Positions 1-8,097 of a DNA stretch of 64,000 nucleotides are shown piece after piece (within the stretch, counting starts at the first letter, position 1; every line of letters begins with the position of its first letter). A program made the position numbers and the translations under genes. Source of the stretch: an uncultured Candidatus Saccharibacteria bacterium (GTDB taxonomy: Bacteria > Patescibacteriota > Saccharimonadia > Saccharimonadales > JAGQNJ01); assembly GCA_965231045.1 (NCBI GenBank), contig OZ246406.1:116295-180294 (forward strand), written 5' to 3'. Under the pieces are notes generated by a model, which did no database searches, was not told where the DNA came from, and saw only the letters and a list, made by a program, of their open reading frames with translations.

Positions 1-498
1 CCTGAGATTTCAGAAGCAACAGTGAGTTTACCCCTGATCAATCGTCGACCAATTGTATACATTCAGATCACACAGCCAGTTTTCTTCCTTAACAAAGGTA
101 ATGAAATTTTTGCTATTGATCAACAGGGAAGAGTAATTATGAAAGGCGATGCTAACCTCCCGAAATCTAATCTGATACACATTGAAGACCAAACATCACA
201 AGCCGTAGAAGTTAGTAAGCCGTTTTTGCCTGCTCGACAAGTAAAATTCATGCAAGACATAGCTGCTCAGTTAAAAAACAAGGGAATTACGGACATATCC
301 TTTGTCTTACCACCCTTGCCAGACGTCGTTTACGTCAAAATAAAAGATAGGCCCTATTTGGTAAAAATGACGTTCCAGAACGACCCTAGATTACAGGCAG
401 GCACCTTCTTAGCCGTTAAAGACAAGCTTGAAGCCGATAAGATTACCCCAGCTGAATATATAGATGTTCGTGTTGACGAACGAGCTTACTATAAGTAG
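1..498 (+). CDS. ftsQ: FtsQ/DivIB-like cell division protein, C-terminal part (5' end lies outside the window)
   Basis: Frame 1 is open from base 1, with no stop before the GTG at 22. The C-terminal domain ends in ...AEYIDVRVDERAYYK, which resembles FtsQ/DivIB C-termini. The call rests on motif memory only. Confidence 0.55.
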   Translation, partial: PEISEATVSLPLINRRPIVYIQITQPVFFLNKGNEIFAIDQQGRVIMKGDANLPKSNLIHIEDQTSQAVEVSKPFLPARQVKFMQDIAAQLKNKGITDISFVLPPLPDVVYVKIKDRPYLVKMTFQNDPRLQAGTFLAVKDKLEADKITPAEYIDVRVDERAYYK

Positions 499-639
499 TA
501 GGGTAGGCTAGGCTAAGCTAAGGAACAACTAGACTTATACCTAAAAGTTTATTGACAGCAATACACCCTTGGGCGCTCTGAGTTCATGTGATGAATAAGT
601 ACTGATAGATTAACAGCACTTCTTTCACTCTCCCCTAGA

Positions 640-655
640 TGTTCGCAAAATGTTC
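640..655 (+). repeat. Copy 1 of a perfect 16-nt direct repeat, TGTTCGCAAAATGTTC
   Basis: The exact 16-mer recurs at 1195-1210. Both copies lie in the same 730-bp non-coding gap. Confidence 0.9.
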
Positions 656-1194
656 ATACATCGCTAATACTGTATTTGCAGAAAAACATATAAAAATACC
701 AAAACCGTGAAAAAGCAAATTTTTCGTGAAATATAGGAAGTGAAGGGGAAATACAAAAAACAATATAAAGCGACATAAAAGTCAAATATTGCAAACACAT
801 CGGCTGTGGAAAACATATTGTGGTAAATTTTGCAAATAGCGACATTGAAGTACGAGAGTAATAAATAGCACATATGCGATTGTGGCACATAAGCATAGTT
901 AGTGCAGTAGTAAATTGAAAAGTCATGCACAATTAACTAAAAACATCAAAAACTCCCCTGTTAGGAAGGTATACACACTTAACCTTAAGAACTAATATAC
1001 GAGTCGCAAAATATACATTGTGCGACGTAAGATCTATGAACCAATATGTCGTCTGCTCCACATGTTTTGAAGCGTATTTTTGTATTTGTATTTTTCAAAT
1101 TTTGTTTTTGATTTTTATTTTCCTACTACTCTACTGTGTTTTCTGCCCAACACGTTAATACCATTATCCTGCTACTACCACTATGTATATATCG

Positions 1195-1224
1195 TGTTCG
1201 CAAAATGTTCGATATTGGTTAAAT
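1195..1224 (+). other. Copy 2 of the 16-nt repeat, extended into a dif-like candidate Xer site (TGTTCGCAAAA-TGTTCGAT-ATTGGTTAAAT)
   Basis: The left arm matches the E. coli dif XerC arm GGTGCGCATAA at 8 of 11 positions. The outer right arm GTTAAAT is identical to the dif XerD-arm end. The central region would be 8 nt rather than 6. The site lies at a convergent strand switch. Confidence 0.35.
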
Positions 1225-1230
1225 TGAGTT

Positions 1231-1935
1231 TTAGACTTTGATAGTCACTTTTTGTGTCGGAACATTAGGAATGGAACTTGGTGCTATTGAATATGCCGCG
1301 TAGCTGGCAATGAGCGCGCGCGTTGAAGTATCTAGCTTTCCTTGCCTATCGCTAGCCGATGTGGCGTGAAAAGCTGGATAAGGGTGATTAGGAAATATAA
1401 CCCAGTCGCCTGGCTCCTGTTCAACGTTGCTCATGTGTCTCGCCCAGACCGAAGGACCGGAGTTATCTAAGTGTTTGTGTCGAATTTGCCAATCTGTAAG
1501 TGCACTTACATCTTGTTCGCCTACTAAAAGAGTAGGGGTTTCTAGGCGTATACCATAAAAATAACGCTTTATACCGGCGTTGTTGTCTACCCTAGCACTG
1601 TAGGTTACTCCTATTCGGCTACTAGCATCGAAGTGAGGGTTGCTTAGCTGCTCACGATTGAAAACAGACCATAACCCATCGCGCATCTTCCAGCCTAGGT
1701 TAACGCCGTTTTTTTGCCACCAGTTTTCCACTATCTCTTTGGCATCAATTATTTCTGGGACTAGTTGGGGTAGCTGGTCTCTGTTGCGAGAAGTATTACC
1801 GCCATCCCAGGCCTTCCCTACTATTTCACCAATATTTCTAACTACTACAAGATCTAGACTTTGATCAGTCAAAGCCCTATGAGTAGCTTCTACGAGCTCT
1901 CCACGCCCTTCAAACTCTGCAACCCGGTTCCTCAT
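1231..1935 (-). CDS. Hypothetical protein, possibly a 2OG-Fe(II) oxygenase/cupin-like fold
   Basis: 234-aa ORF. An HxD motif (NPHFDAS) is followed by a distal His (PAFHATS) after a GDWVIFP strand, a pattern seen in 2OG-dioxygenase-like proteins. The assignment is weak. Confidence 0.5.
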   Translation of the reverse strand: MRNRVAEFEGRGELVEATHRALTDQSLDLVVVRNIGEIVGKAWDGGNTSRNRDQLPQLVPEIIDAKEIVENWWQKNGVNLGWKMRDGLWSVFNREQLSNPHFDASSRIGVTYSARVDNNAGIKRYFYGIRLETPTLLVGEQDVSALTDWQIRHKHLDNSGPSVWARHMSNVEQEPGDWVIFPNHPYPAFHATSASDRQGKLDTSTRALIASYAAYSIAPSSIPNVPTQKVTIKV

Positions 1936-1945
1936 CTCTTAGTCT

Positions 1946-2986
1946 TTAGTCTTCGGCGAGAGTGTAAGTAGCTTTGGCAACTCGCTTGAATTGCTTCTTG
2001 CCCTGTAAGTTTAAGAGAATAGTTGTCTCTTTAACATAACGGTTTTTAAGAACGCGCTTAACGATTTCATCACGATGTAGTGGCTCGCCGGCTTTTCGCA
2101 AGACATCAGAGATAACGTCGGCCACAGTTCCCTTCTTATAGCCCCACTCTTTTAGGGCGTAAATACCACGACCAACCAGCACGAAACGAGAATCTTTAAT
2201 CAACTCGTTATGAATTGCTTGGGTTGTTACATCTTTACGCTTGAATTCAGATTTCTTGATAGAAGCTGCAATTTCAGAGAAGTGCATGTGTTTGCCGTTC
2301 TCGTAAAGAATAACGTAGATTTTGTCGCGAATGTTCTTAGGATTGACCATTGGCCACTTGATAAGCCCCCAGCGACCGTTTAAGTGAGCTAGCTGCTTTG
2401 ATGTGCTGGCAAGTGCCGCTACCTCTTTAGGATCAGTGTGCTTAACGGCTTCAGCAACTTTATCGATTGAAGTTGGCTCACCAATCTTCTTAACAGCATC
2501 AATTACCTGGCCTGCAGCATCTTTTAGCGACTTTTCGTTGTAAGCATCAGCAAGACCAACACTCAAGTAGAAAAAGTCGTTTTCATCAATGACAACCAAC
2601 TTTGGAACCAGTTGGCTGAGGAATGATACACGTGCCTGATCCAAACGTGAATTTTCAGAGGTTAAACGGGCTGCAAGTTCACTCACCCGCCCTGCTTTAC
2701 CCATATCTGTTACTTCTTCGACAAATTTTGTCTCGATATCAGTAATATGCGGCAAGTTACCCTCAGAAGCTTGAGCTTTGAGTCGTGAAACAACGGCTTT
2801 TTCTAGCTGGCGAACTCGCTCACGAGTAATGCCAAGCAACTCCCCTATCTGTTCTAGTGTTTCTTTGCGGTCGAATAAGCCAAAACGTCGAGACACGATT
2901 TCTCGTTCTCGTTCCTTGTCGATAGTCTCTAAAATATCGTTTACGTATTTTTCTACTGAGACGGTGGTTTTCTGGTCTTGAGCCAT
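1946..2986 (-). CDS. Sigma-70 region-4 HTH domain protein with a C-terminal winged-helix (HARE-HTH-like) region
   Basis: The N-terminus SRRFGLFDRKETLEQIGELLGITRERVRQLEKAVVSRLK is a classic sigma region 4.2 HTH. No region 2 is visible. The C-terminus DEIVKRVLKN...KRVAKATYTLAE resembles HARE-HTH. Confidence 0.6.
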   Translation of the reverse strand: MAQDQKTTVSVEKYVNDILETIDKEREREIVSRRFGLFDRKETLEQIGELLGITRERVRQLEKAVVSRLKAQASEGNLPHITDIETKFVEEVTDMGKAGRVSELAARLTSENSRLDQARVSFLSQLVPKLVVIDENDFFYLSVGLADAYNEKSLKDAAGQVIDAVKKIGEPTSIDKVAEAVKHTDPKEVAALASTSKQLAHLNGRWGLIKWPMVNPKNIRDKIYVILYENGKHMHFSEIAASIKKSEFKRKDVTTQAIHNELIKDSRFVLVGRGIYALKEWGYKKGTVADVISDVLRKAGEPLHRDEIVKRVLKNRYVKETTILLNLQGKKQFKRVAKATYTLAED

Positions 2987-3170
2987 TAATTCTTCTCTTT
3001 CTTGCGCAATTATATCAGGTTGATTAATATAATTATAAAACTTCCACTGCTAAAAGTCAAACATATATTGTTATGAACTTATTGTAGCACAAAATGGCCT
3101 ATTCTGCGGGTGTATTGCCTGCCAATATTACAACAAAATATCTATCGACAGATGACAACCTGTGGGTAAC

Positions 3171-3581
3171 CTAGCTTTGGTGGTTGGCCGTGTAGTAGTT
3201 AAGATAGGCCAATGTATTTCTGCTTCCATAGTCGCCTCGACTTTTGACAGTTACCGCATCAGACCCAAAAACTTCAGTTATCGAGTCAAGTGAGGTCCTT
3301 GATATGATGCAGGCAGTAATTAATTCAGCTTGTACTTCTTCTGCCAAACCAAGGGCTGATCTAAGAAGTAATTTCCCAAGTCCCTTTCTTGGCACTGCAG
3401 AATAATACATCTCAATATCAAAAATGTCAGTTACATTGTCAAAGCTTGCCTCAAGAAATCCAAGCTGATGATCCAATTCGACAAAATAACCAATAATATC
3501 ATTGACGTCTCGTTTAACATGCACGCCTACTTGCGCCAATGATTCCATAGGGACTAAAGCCATAAGGTAATATAATACCAC
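3171..3581 (-). CDS. GNAT-like acetyltransferase (putative)
   Basis: 136-aa ORF. The segment PRKGLGKLLLRSAL resembles the acetyl-CoA binding motif A (R/Q-x-x-G-x-G/A). The true start may be an internal Met. Confidence 0.4.
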   Translation of the reverse strand: MVLYYLMALVPMESLAQVGVHVKRDVNDIIGYFVELDHQLGFLEASFDNVTDIFDIEMYYSAVPRKGLGKLLLRSALGLAEEVQAELITACIISRTSLDSITEVFGSDAVTVKSRGDYGSRNTLAYLNYYTANHQS

Positions 3582-3604
3582 ATTTAAAGCGTTTTGGCAA
3601 TATA

Positions 3605-5890
3605 TTATTGTTTTTTGCGGGGGAAACGGCGGCCCTTGCCTTTGGCAGGTGCCTCATCAAGAAGTTTTTGAGCGTCTTTTTCGGTTAACTTCTTAGGATC
3701 CTGTTCCTTTGGAATCTTAGCATTCTTTTTGCCATCTGTTACGTACGGGCCGTACATGCCGTTTAACACCTTAATTTTACCGAAATCAGCAATGTTCTTC
3801 TTGGCTTCTTTGTCTAATTTCTCTTTATAAAGTTTACGTGCCTCGGACTCTTTAACAGTGAATGGGTCGAGATCTTTAATGGAAACAAAAATCTTCTCAA
3901 CCTGAATATATGGACCAAAGCGACCAATATTCGCAGTTATCTCTTTGCCATCTTCAGTTTTGCCAACTACTCGAGGTAGTTTAAACATTTCAAGCGCTTC
4001 TTTTAGGGTTACGGTCTCAAGCTTGGCCCCGTCAGGTAACGGAGCAAATTTAGGCTTTTCTTCGTCCTCGGCTTCACCGATTTGGAGCATTGGGCCATAG
4101 CGCCCGTATCTAGCTATAACTGGTTTGCCCGTCTTAGGATCTTTGCCAAGTTCTCGAGCCTGTGAGGCCTCTTCTCGGCTGGCACCTTCGGCTTTGCCAA
4201 TCATCGGGTGAAATAGCTTGTAGAAGCCCTTTATGTAGTCCTGCCAGGCTTGCTTGCCTTCTTCGACATCGTCAAATTTCTTCTCGGCGTCCGCCGTGAA
4301 GTCATAATCGAGAATATCACTGAAGTATTTTAATAAGAAATCGGTGGTAACTAAAGCAACAGAGGTCGGTAGAAGTTTATTTTGATCCTTCCCCACTACT
4401 TGGGTTACTTCATCAGTTGTCACATCCTTGCCCTTTAGCTTCAATACGGTGATCTTACGTTCTTCACCTTCGACATCGCCCTTTTCGACGTAGCCTCGAT
4501 CTTGAATTGTACTAATTGTTGGCGCATAGGTACTTGGCCGGCCAATGCCTAACTCCTCGAGCTTCTTAACCAGAGCGGCTTCAGAGTAGCGGGCTGCTGG
4601 TTTGGTAAATATTTGAGTGGCTAAGATTTCATTGGCAGTTAGTTTTTGCCCCTCTGATAATGGTGGCAAAATAGTGTCCTTGAGGCTATTGTCATAAACC
4701 TTCAAAAAACCATCAAATTTGAGGACTTCACCCTTAGCAACAAAATGCTCTTTGCGGGTACTAACTACGATTTTAGCTTCAGTTTTTTCTGTTTGGGCTG
4801 GTGCCATTTGACTAGCAACTGCACGTTGCCAAATGAGTTTATATAGTCGTTGTTCTTGCGGTGTACTGCCAGCGTTAAGCTTTGTAACATCAGTTGGTCG
4901 AATAGCCTCGTGTGCTTCTTGAGCGCTGGCTGACTTGGTTTTATACTGACGAACTTGATGATATTTGTCACCATAGTTTTTCTTTATATATTCACCAAAG
5001 GTACTGATGGCCAAACTTGATAAATTGGTGCTATCCGTACGCATGTAAGTAATATGACCGTTCTCGTATAATCCTTGGGCAAGACGCATGGTCTGGCGAA
5101 CAGAATTACCAATTTTACGCGATGCTTCTTGTTGGAGCGTACTAGTTGTAAACGGCGCGCTTGGATTTCGACTACCTGGTTTTTGATCAACGCTTTTGAC
5201 AGTAAAAGTAGCCGCCATGCAGTCGTCTAAGAATTTTTGGGCGGTTGATTCGTCCTTGAGTTTATCGGCAAGTTCGGCTGGCACTGTATCTTTGCCACTG
5301 TTAAATTCAGCTGTTACCTTATAACTACTTTCAGCATCGTGAGCTGCAATTTCGCGCTCTCGCTCAACAATTAACCGAACCGCAACTGATTGAACGCGCC
5401 CAGCGCTTAGTCCAGTTTGGACTTTCTTCCAAAGGATTGGCGAAAGTTCATATCCAACCAATCTGTCTAGAACTCGTCGGGCTTGCTGAGCATCGACTAA
5501 GTTTAGATCAACTGTCCGTGGGGTTTTAATAGCGTTTTCAATCGCCGATTTGGTGATTTCATGGAACACAATACGCTTGGTTTTCTTGGGGTCTAATTTG
5601 AGTGCAGAACAGAGATGCCAAGCAATGGCCTCTCCTTCACGATCTTCATCACTTGCTAACCAGACTTCTTTGTCTTTAGCAGCTTTTTTAAGTTCACTAA
5701 TTACTTTGGTTTTATCGGGGCTAATAGCATATGTAGGCTCAAAATTATTATCAATATCAATGTTTAGACCTTTTTTGGGAAGGTCTCGGACATGCCCAAA
5801 GCTACTTTTAACCAAGAAATCTTTTCCTAAATACTTCTCAATTGTCTTTGCTTTTGCTGGGCTCTCAACGATTACTAAATTTTTTGCCAT
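3605..5890 (-). CDS. topA: DNA topoisomerase I
   Basis: 761 aa. It has an N-terminal TOPRIM domain (LVIVESPAKAKTIEKYLG ... ASDEDREGEAIAWH), the active-site region YITYMRTDS, and C-terminal Topo-C repeats (GRYGPMLQ, GRFGPYIQ, NGMYGPYVTDG) in place of zinc ribbons. Confidence 0.97.
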   Translation of the reverse strand: MAKNLVIVESPAKAKTIEKYLGKDFLVKSSFGHVRDLPKKGLNIDIDNNFEPTYAISPDKTKVISELKKAAKDKEVWLASDEDREGEAIAWHLCSALKLDPKKTKRIVFHEITKSAIENAIKTPRTVDLNLVDAQQARRVLDRLVGYELSPILWKKVQTGLSAGRVQSVAVRLIVEREREIAAHDAESSYKVTAEFNSGKDTVPAELADKLKDESTAQKFLDDCMAATFTVKSVDQKPGSRNPSAPFTTSTLQQEASRKIGNSVRQTMRLAQGLYENGHITYMRTDSTNLSSLAISTFGEYIKKNYGDKYHQVRQYKTKSASAQEAHEAIRPTDVTKLNAGSTPQEQRLYKLIWQRAVASQMAPAQTEKTEAKIVVSTRKEHFVAKGEVLKFDGFLKVYDNSLKDTILPPLSEGQKLTANEILATQIFTKPAARYSEAALVKKLEELGIGRPSTYAPTISTIQDRGYVEKGDVEGEERKITVLKLKGKDVTTDEVTQVVGKDQNKLLPTSVALVTTDFLLKYFSDILDYDFTADAEKKFDDVEEGKQAWQDYIKGFYKLFHPMIGKAEGASREEASQARELGKDPKTGKPVIARYGRYGPMLQIGEAEDEEKPKFAPLPDGAKLETVTLKEALEMFKLPRVVGKTEDGKEITANIGRFGPYIQVEKIFVSIKDLDPFTVKESEARKLYKEKLDKEAKKNIADFGKIKVLNGMYGPYVTDGKKNAKIPKEQDPKKLTEKDAQKLLDEAPAKGKGRRFPRKKQ

Positions 5891-5955
5891 TTCGCTATAG
5901 TTTATCAGATTAGTTGCAAAGCTCGATACTACGGGATTTTTTTATCAAATGCAAA

Positions 5956-6810
5956 TTAGTTTTTTGCCCACTTATTATTGCCAAGGGCTTTTATTCTTCC
6001 GGTTATCTCAAGCATAGTAAGAGTTTGATTAAAAAGTGTGGGACTTAATTTACTCCTAGTAAGCAGATCTGATCCATCGCTGATGTTTTGGTTTAGAAGT
6101 TGTAAAATTATCTGTTCTTCTTGATTGTTGGCGATCAGTTCATCTGTGATTTCTGTAGACTTAATATTGAGGCAGTCAAAGATGTCCTGCGTGTCCGTAA
6201 CGGGCGTCGCCCCCGTTTTTATTAGGTTATTCGTTCCCTGGCTCATCTGACTAGTAATGTTGCCCGGTACCGCCAAAACTGTCTTTCCCTGTTCCAGAGC
6301 AAAATTCACAGTGTGCAGTGTCCCGCTCTTTATAGCCGACTCTGTTACAAGCAATGCATCCCCAAGTCCAGCAACTAATCTGTTACGAGCAATAAAGTTG
6401 GTTTTATAGGGTTCACTGCCATCTGGGTATTCACTAACAAGCGCCCCGCCCTTCTCGATTATTTCTCGTGCAAGTTGTGTATGTGCGCGAGGATAAACCT
6501 GATCCAAGCCTGATGGCAGCACAGCGATAGTAAGACCTCCAACAGATAAGGCTGCCCTATGAGCAATACTATCAACACCAAAAGCCAGCCCGCTAATTAT
6601 GACCACCCCAGCTTGGGCTGCTTCACGGACTAATTGCTCGGTTACGGCTTTGCCGTAAGGAGTGACCTTGCGACTGCCCACCACCGTTAAACAAGGTCTT
6701 TTAAGTAAGCTGTCTAGTTCACCTATAACAAACAATTCCCTCGGAGGTGAAGGAATTGTCTGTAATTTGGCCGGTAAACCTAAGCTTTTGAGCTTATGCT
6801 TTTTTACCAT
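5956..6810 (-). CDS. dprA: DNA processing protein DprA/Smf
   Basis: 284 aa. Rossmann-like DprA core with VVGSRKVTPYG, ISGLAFGVDSIAHRAAL and LVTESAIKSGTLHT. Confidence 0.93.
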   Translation of the reverse strand: MVKKHKLKSLGLPAKLQTIPSPPRELFVIGELDSLLKRPCLTVVGSRKVTPYGKAVTEQLVREAAQAGVVIISGLAFGVDSIAHRAALSVGGLTIAVLPSGLDQVYPRAHTQLAREIIEKGGALVSEYPDGSEPYKTNFIARNRLVAGLGDALLVTESAIKSGTLHTVNFALEQGKTVLAVPGNITSQMSQGTNNLIKTGATPVTDTQDIFDCLNIKSTEITDELIANNQEEQIILQLLNQNISDGSDLLTRSKLSPTLFNQTLTMLEITGRIKALGNNKWAKN

Positions 6811-6844
6811 TAGTTTTAATATACCACAATTTTATTTTTTAGTA

Positions 6845-6873
6845 TTGACATAACGTAACATTCTTGCTAAAAT
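6845..6873 (+). promoter_or_regulatory. Sigma70-type promoter: TTGACA, 17-nt spacer, TGcTAAAAT (extended -10)
   Basis: TTGACA at 6845-6850 and TAAAAT at 6868-6873, with a TG at -15/-14. No ORF follows; the structured RNA candidate does. Confidence 0.55.
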
Positions 6874-6879
6874 TGCAAC

Positions 6880-7205
6880 TCGTAAGTCCGCTTAAGCGGT
6901 TTCTTACGCACCTTTATCCCCCATTCTAACCTCTCAAGAAGTAATTCTTGGGAATCGTTAGGTTGTTTTAGAGCGCGCTAGTAAGTTGTTACCCTCCACT
7001 TACTCTTAGCATCTCCTTTATTGGAAACGCTCTAAAACAGACTAACCCCTTTAACTACCCGGTTTTTCAATAGCGAGTACGCCAGTATGGACACTTGTCC
7101 GGCACAGGTCTTTACGTGGAGTTTGACCCAGATGCTTCGCTCGTGGTGGGTTGAAGGGTGTAATAGGCCTCAAGTGGTGCCCACCCCCTCTTGAGGTCTT
7201 TTATA
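6880..7205 (+). ncRNA. Unclassified structured RNA candidate (~325 nt)
   Basis: No ORF on either strand. The region is bracketed by a promoter and a terminator. Visible helices are a hairpin at 6881-6908, a 9-bp stem with a GUAA tetraloop at 6932-6953, a 19-bp helix (6957-6975 pairing with 7028-7046, one mismatch and one G-U) enclosing a nested hairpin at 6977-7010, and a GGAC-ACUU-GUCC hairpin near 7100. Confidence 0.5.
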
Positions 7206-7208
7206 TTT
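7166..7208 (+). terminator. Intrinsic terminator of the RNA candidate
   Basis: GGCCTCAAG (7166-7174) pairs with CTTGAGGTC (7190-7198) and is followed by TTTTATATTT. A T-run follows the hairpin only on the + strand. Confidence 0.5.
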
Positions 7209-7292
7209 GTCCTCATTTTATACACACCTCTGTTGACAGCTGGATGTATTAAACATACCATTTAGTCATAAACATAAGCAGGATAAGTAAAC

Positions 7293-8066
7293 ATGAAAAA
7301 ATTAGACCAAAGAGGCTCCCATGCGCTGGTAGTCGTTTTAATTGTTGTAGTGGTTGCCGTTGTTGGTGCCGTCGGGTGGTATGTGTTTAATAAGCAAAAG
7401 AAAAGCACTAACGGGTCTGTAACAGATTTAGTTAAACAGTCGGCGACTAAGTGTGACTCCGAAGATAAGGATATTTGTAAGTTTTTTGCTAGCTGGAAAG
7501 ATAATAAATACTACTCGGTTGATACAACGACCACAGCTGCTGGTCAGACCTCAACAATGAAAATGCAGTACGTAGCAACAGATAAATATCACTTTGTTAC
7601 TACTGGCGAAGGTGCCATGGAAATAATTACCATCGGCAACGATACCTATACAAAGTCTGGTGATACTTGGTATAAGCAGACCCAGAAAAAGGACGATACT
7701 ACAACAAAGCTTAAGGACGAAACTACAACTGACTTTAAGGAACCAACAACAGATCAGGCGTCAACACAGGCACCTACCTATAAGCTTATTGGTAAAGAAG
7801 CTTGCGGCAAGCTTACTTGTTTCAAATACCAAGTGGTAGACCCTAATGCCAAAGATACTACTGAATATATATGGTTTGATACAAAAGATTACCAATTACG
7901 CAAAGAAAGCACTCAGACTGGCGACACTAAGAGTGAATCAACTTTCAGCTATGACAAAGTCGAAATCAACGTCCCTTCACCTGTAAAAGAGCTTGGTCCA
8001 AACCAAGTTGTTGTACCAGGACAAGGTGTTGTTGATCTGCCAAGCGCAGCTGATGTTACGCAGTAA
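7293..8066 (+). CDS. Membrane-anchored or secreted hypothetical protein, Thr-rich
   Basis: 257 aa with an N-terminal TM/signal anchor (ALVVVLIVVVVAVVGAVGWYVF). It has its own TTGACA-17-TACCAT promoter-like pair at 7233-7261. Confidence 0.6.
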   Translation: MKKLDQRGSHALVVVLIVVVVAVVGAVGWYVFNKQKKSTNGSVTDLVKQSATKCDSEDKDICKFFASWKDNKYYSVDTTTTAAGQTSTMKMQYVATDKYHFVTTGEGAMEIITIGNDTYTKSGDTWYKQTQKKDDTTTKLKDETTTDFKEPTTDQASTQAPTYKLIGKEACGKLTCFKYQVVDPNAKDTTEYIWFDTKDYQLRKESTQTGDTKSESTFSYDKVEINVPSPVKELGPNQVVVPGQGVVDLPSAADVTQ

Positions 8067-8090
8067 AGTCTATACGCAGTAAAGTCTATA
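8059..8090 (+). repeat. Perfect tandem duplication, 2 x 16 nt (CGCAGTAAAGTCTATA)
   Basis: Unit at 8059-8074 repeated at 8075-8090. The first copy contains the stop codon of the 7293-8066 gene. Confidence 0.9.
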
Positions 8091-8097
8091 AGTCTAA

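Noticed and set aside
654-932. Two overlapping minus-strand ORFs (92 and 88 aa) in the AT-rich gap.
   Set aside because: They overlap each other in different frames. Their composition is extremely biased toward Phe, Tyr, Ile and Cys, as expected from translating A/T-rich DNA. No Shine-Dalgarno sequence is present. I treat them as non-coding.
805-1132. oriC-like features: a DnaA-box-like TGTGGAAAA (805-813), TGTGGTAAA nearby, and a T-rich tract with GTATTT repeats (1072-1132) resembling a DNA-unwinding element.
   Set aside because: The flanking genes converge on this gap, whereas at an origin they should diverge. There is no dnaA or dnaN nearby. Only one box fits the relaxed consensus. A terminus/dif interpretation fits better, though whole-genome GC skew is needed to decide.
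6961-6990. GTTTTAGAGC...CTAGTAAGTT inside the RNA candidate resembles the Cas9 crRNA repeat and tracrRNA anti-repeat (GTTTTAGAGCTA / TAGCAAGTTAAAAT).
   Set aside because: There is no repeat-spacer array and no cas9, cas1 or cas2 gene. No IscB or TnpB gene lies anywhere in the window. The partner strand is a perfect intramolecular complement. The similarity is most likely coincidental.
6880-7205. Assignment of the structured RNA to RNase P RNA, tmRNA, SRP RNA or 6S RNA.
   Set aside because: On the + strand I found neither GGAAAGUCC...ACAGAA-CGGCUUA (P4) nor a tRNA-like 3' end (GGUUCGA...CCA). Minus-strand similarities to RNase P CR motifs (GUCAAACUCCACG, AAAGGUGCGUAAGA) occur in the wrong order and on the strand without a promoter or terminator. 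No GGAA-capped SRP domain IV motif is present. The RNA is too long for 6S. Only a covariance-model search can settle this.
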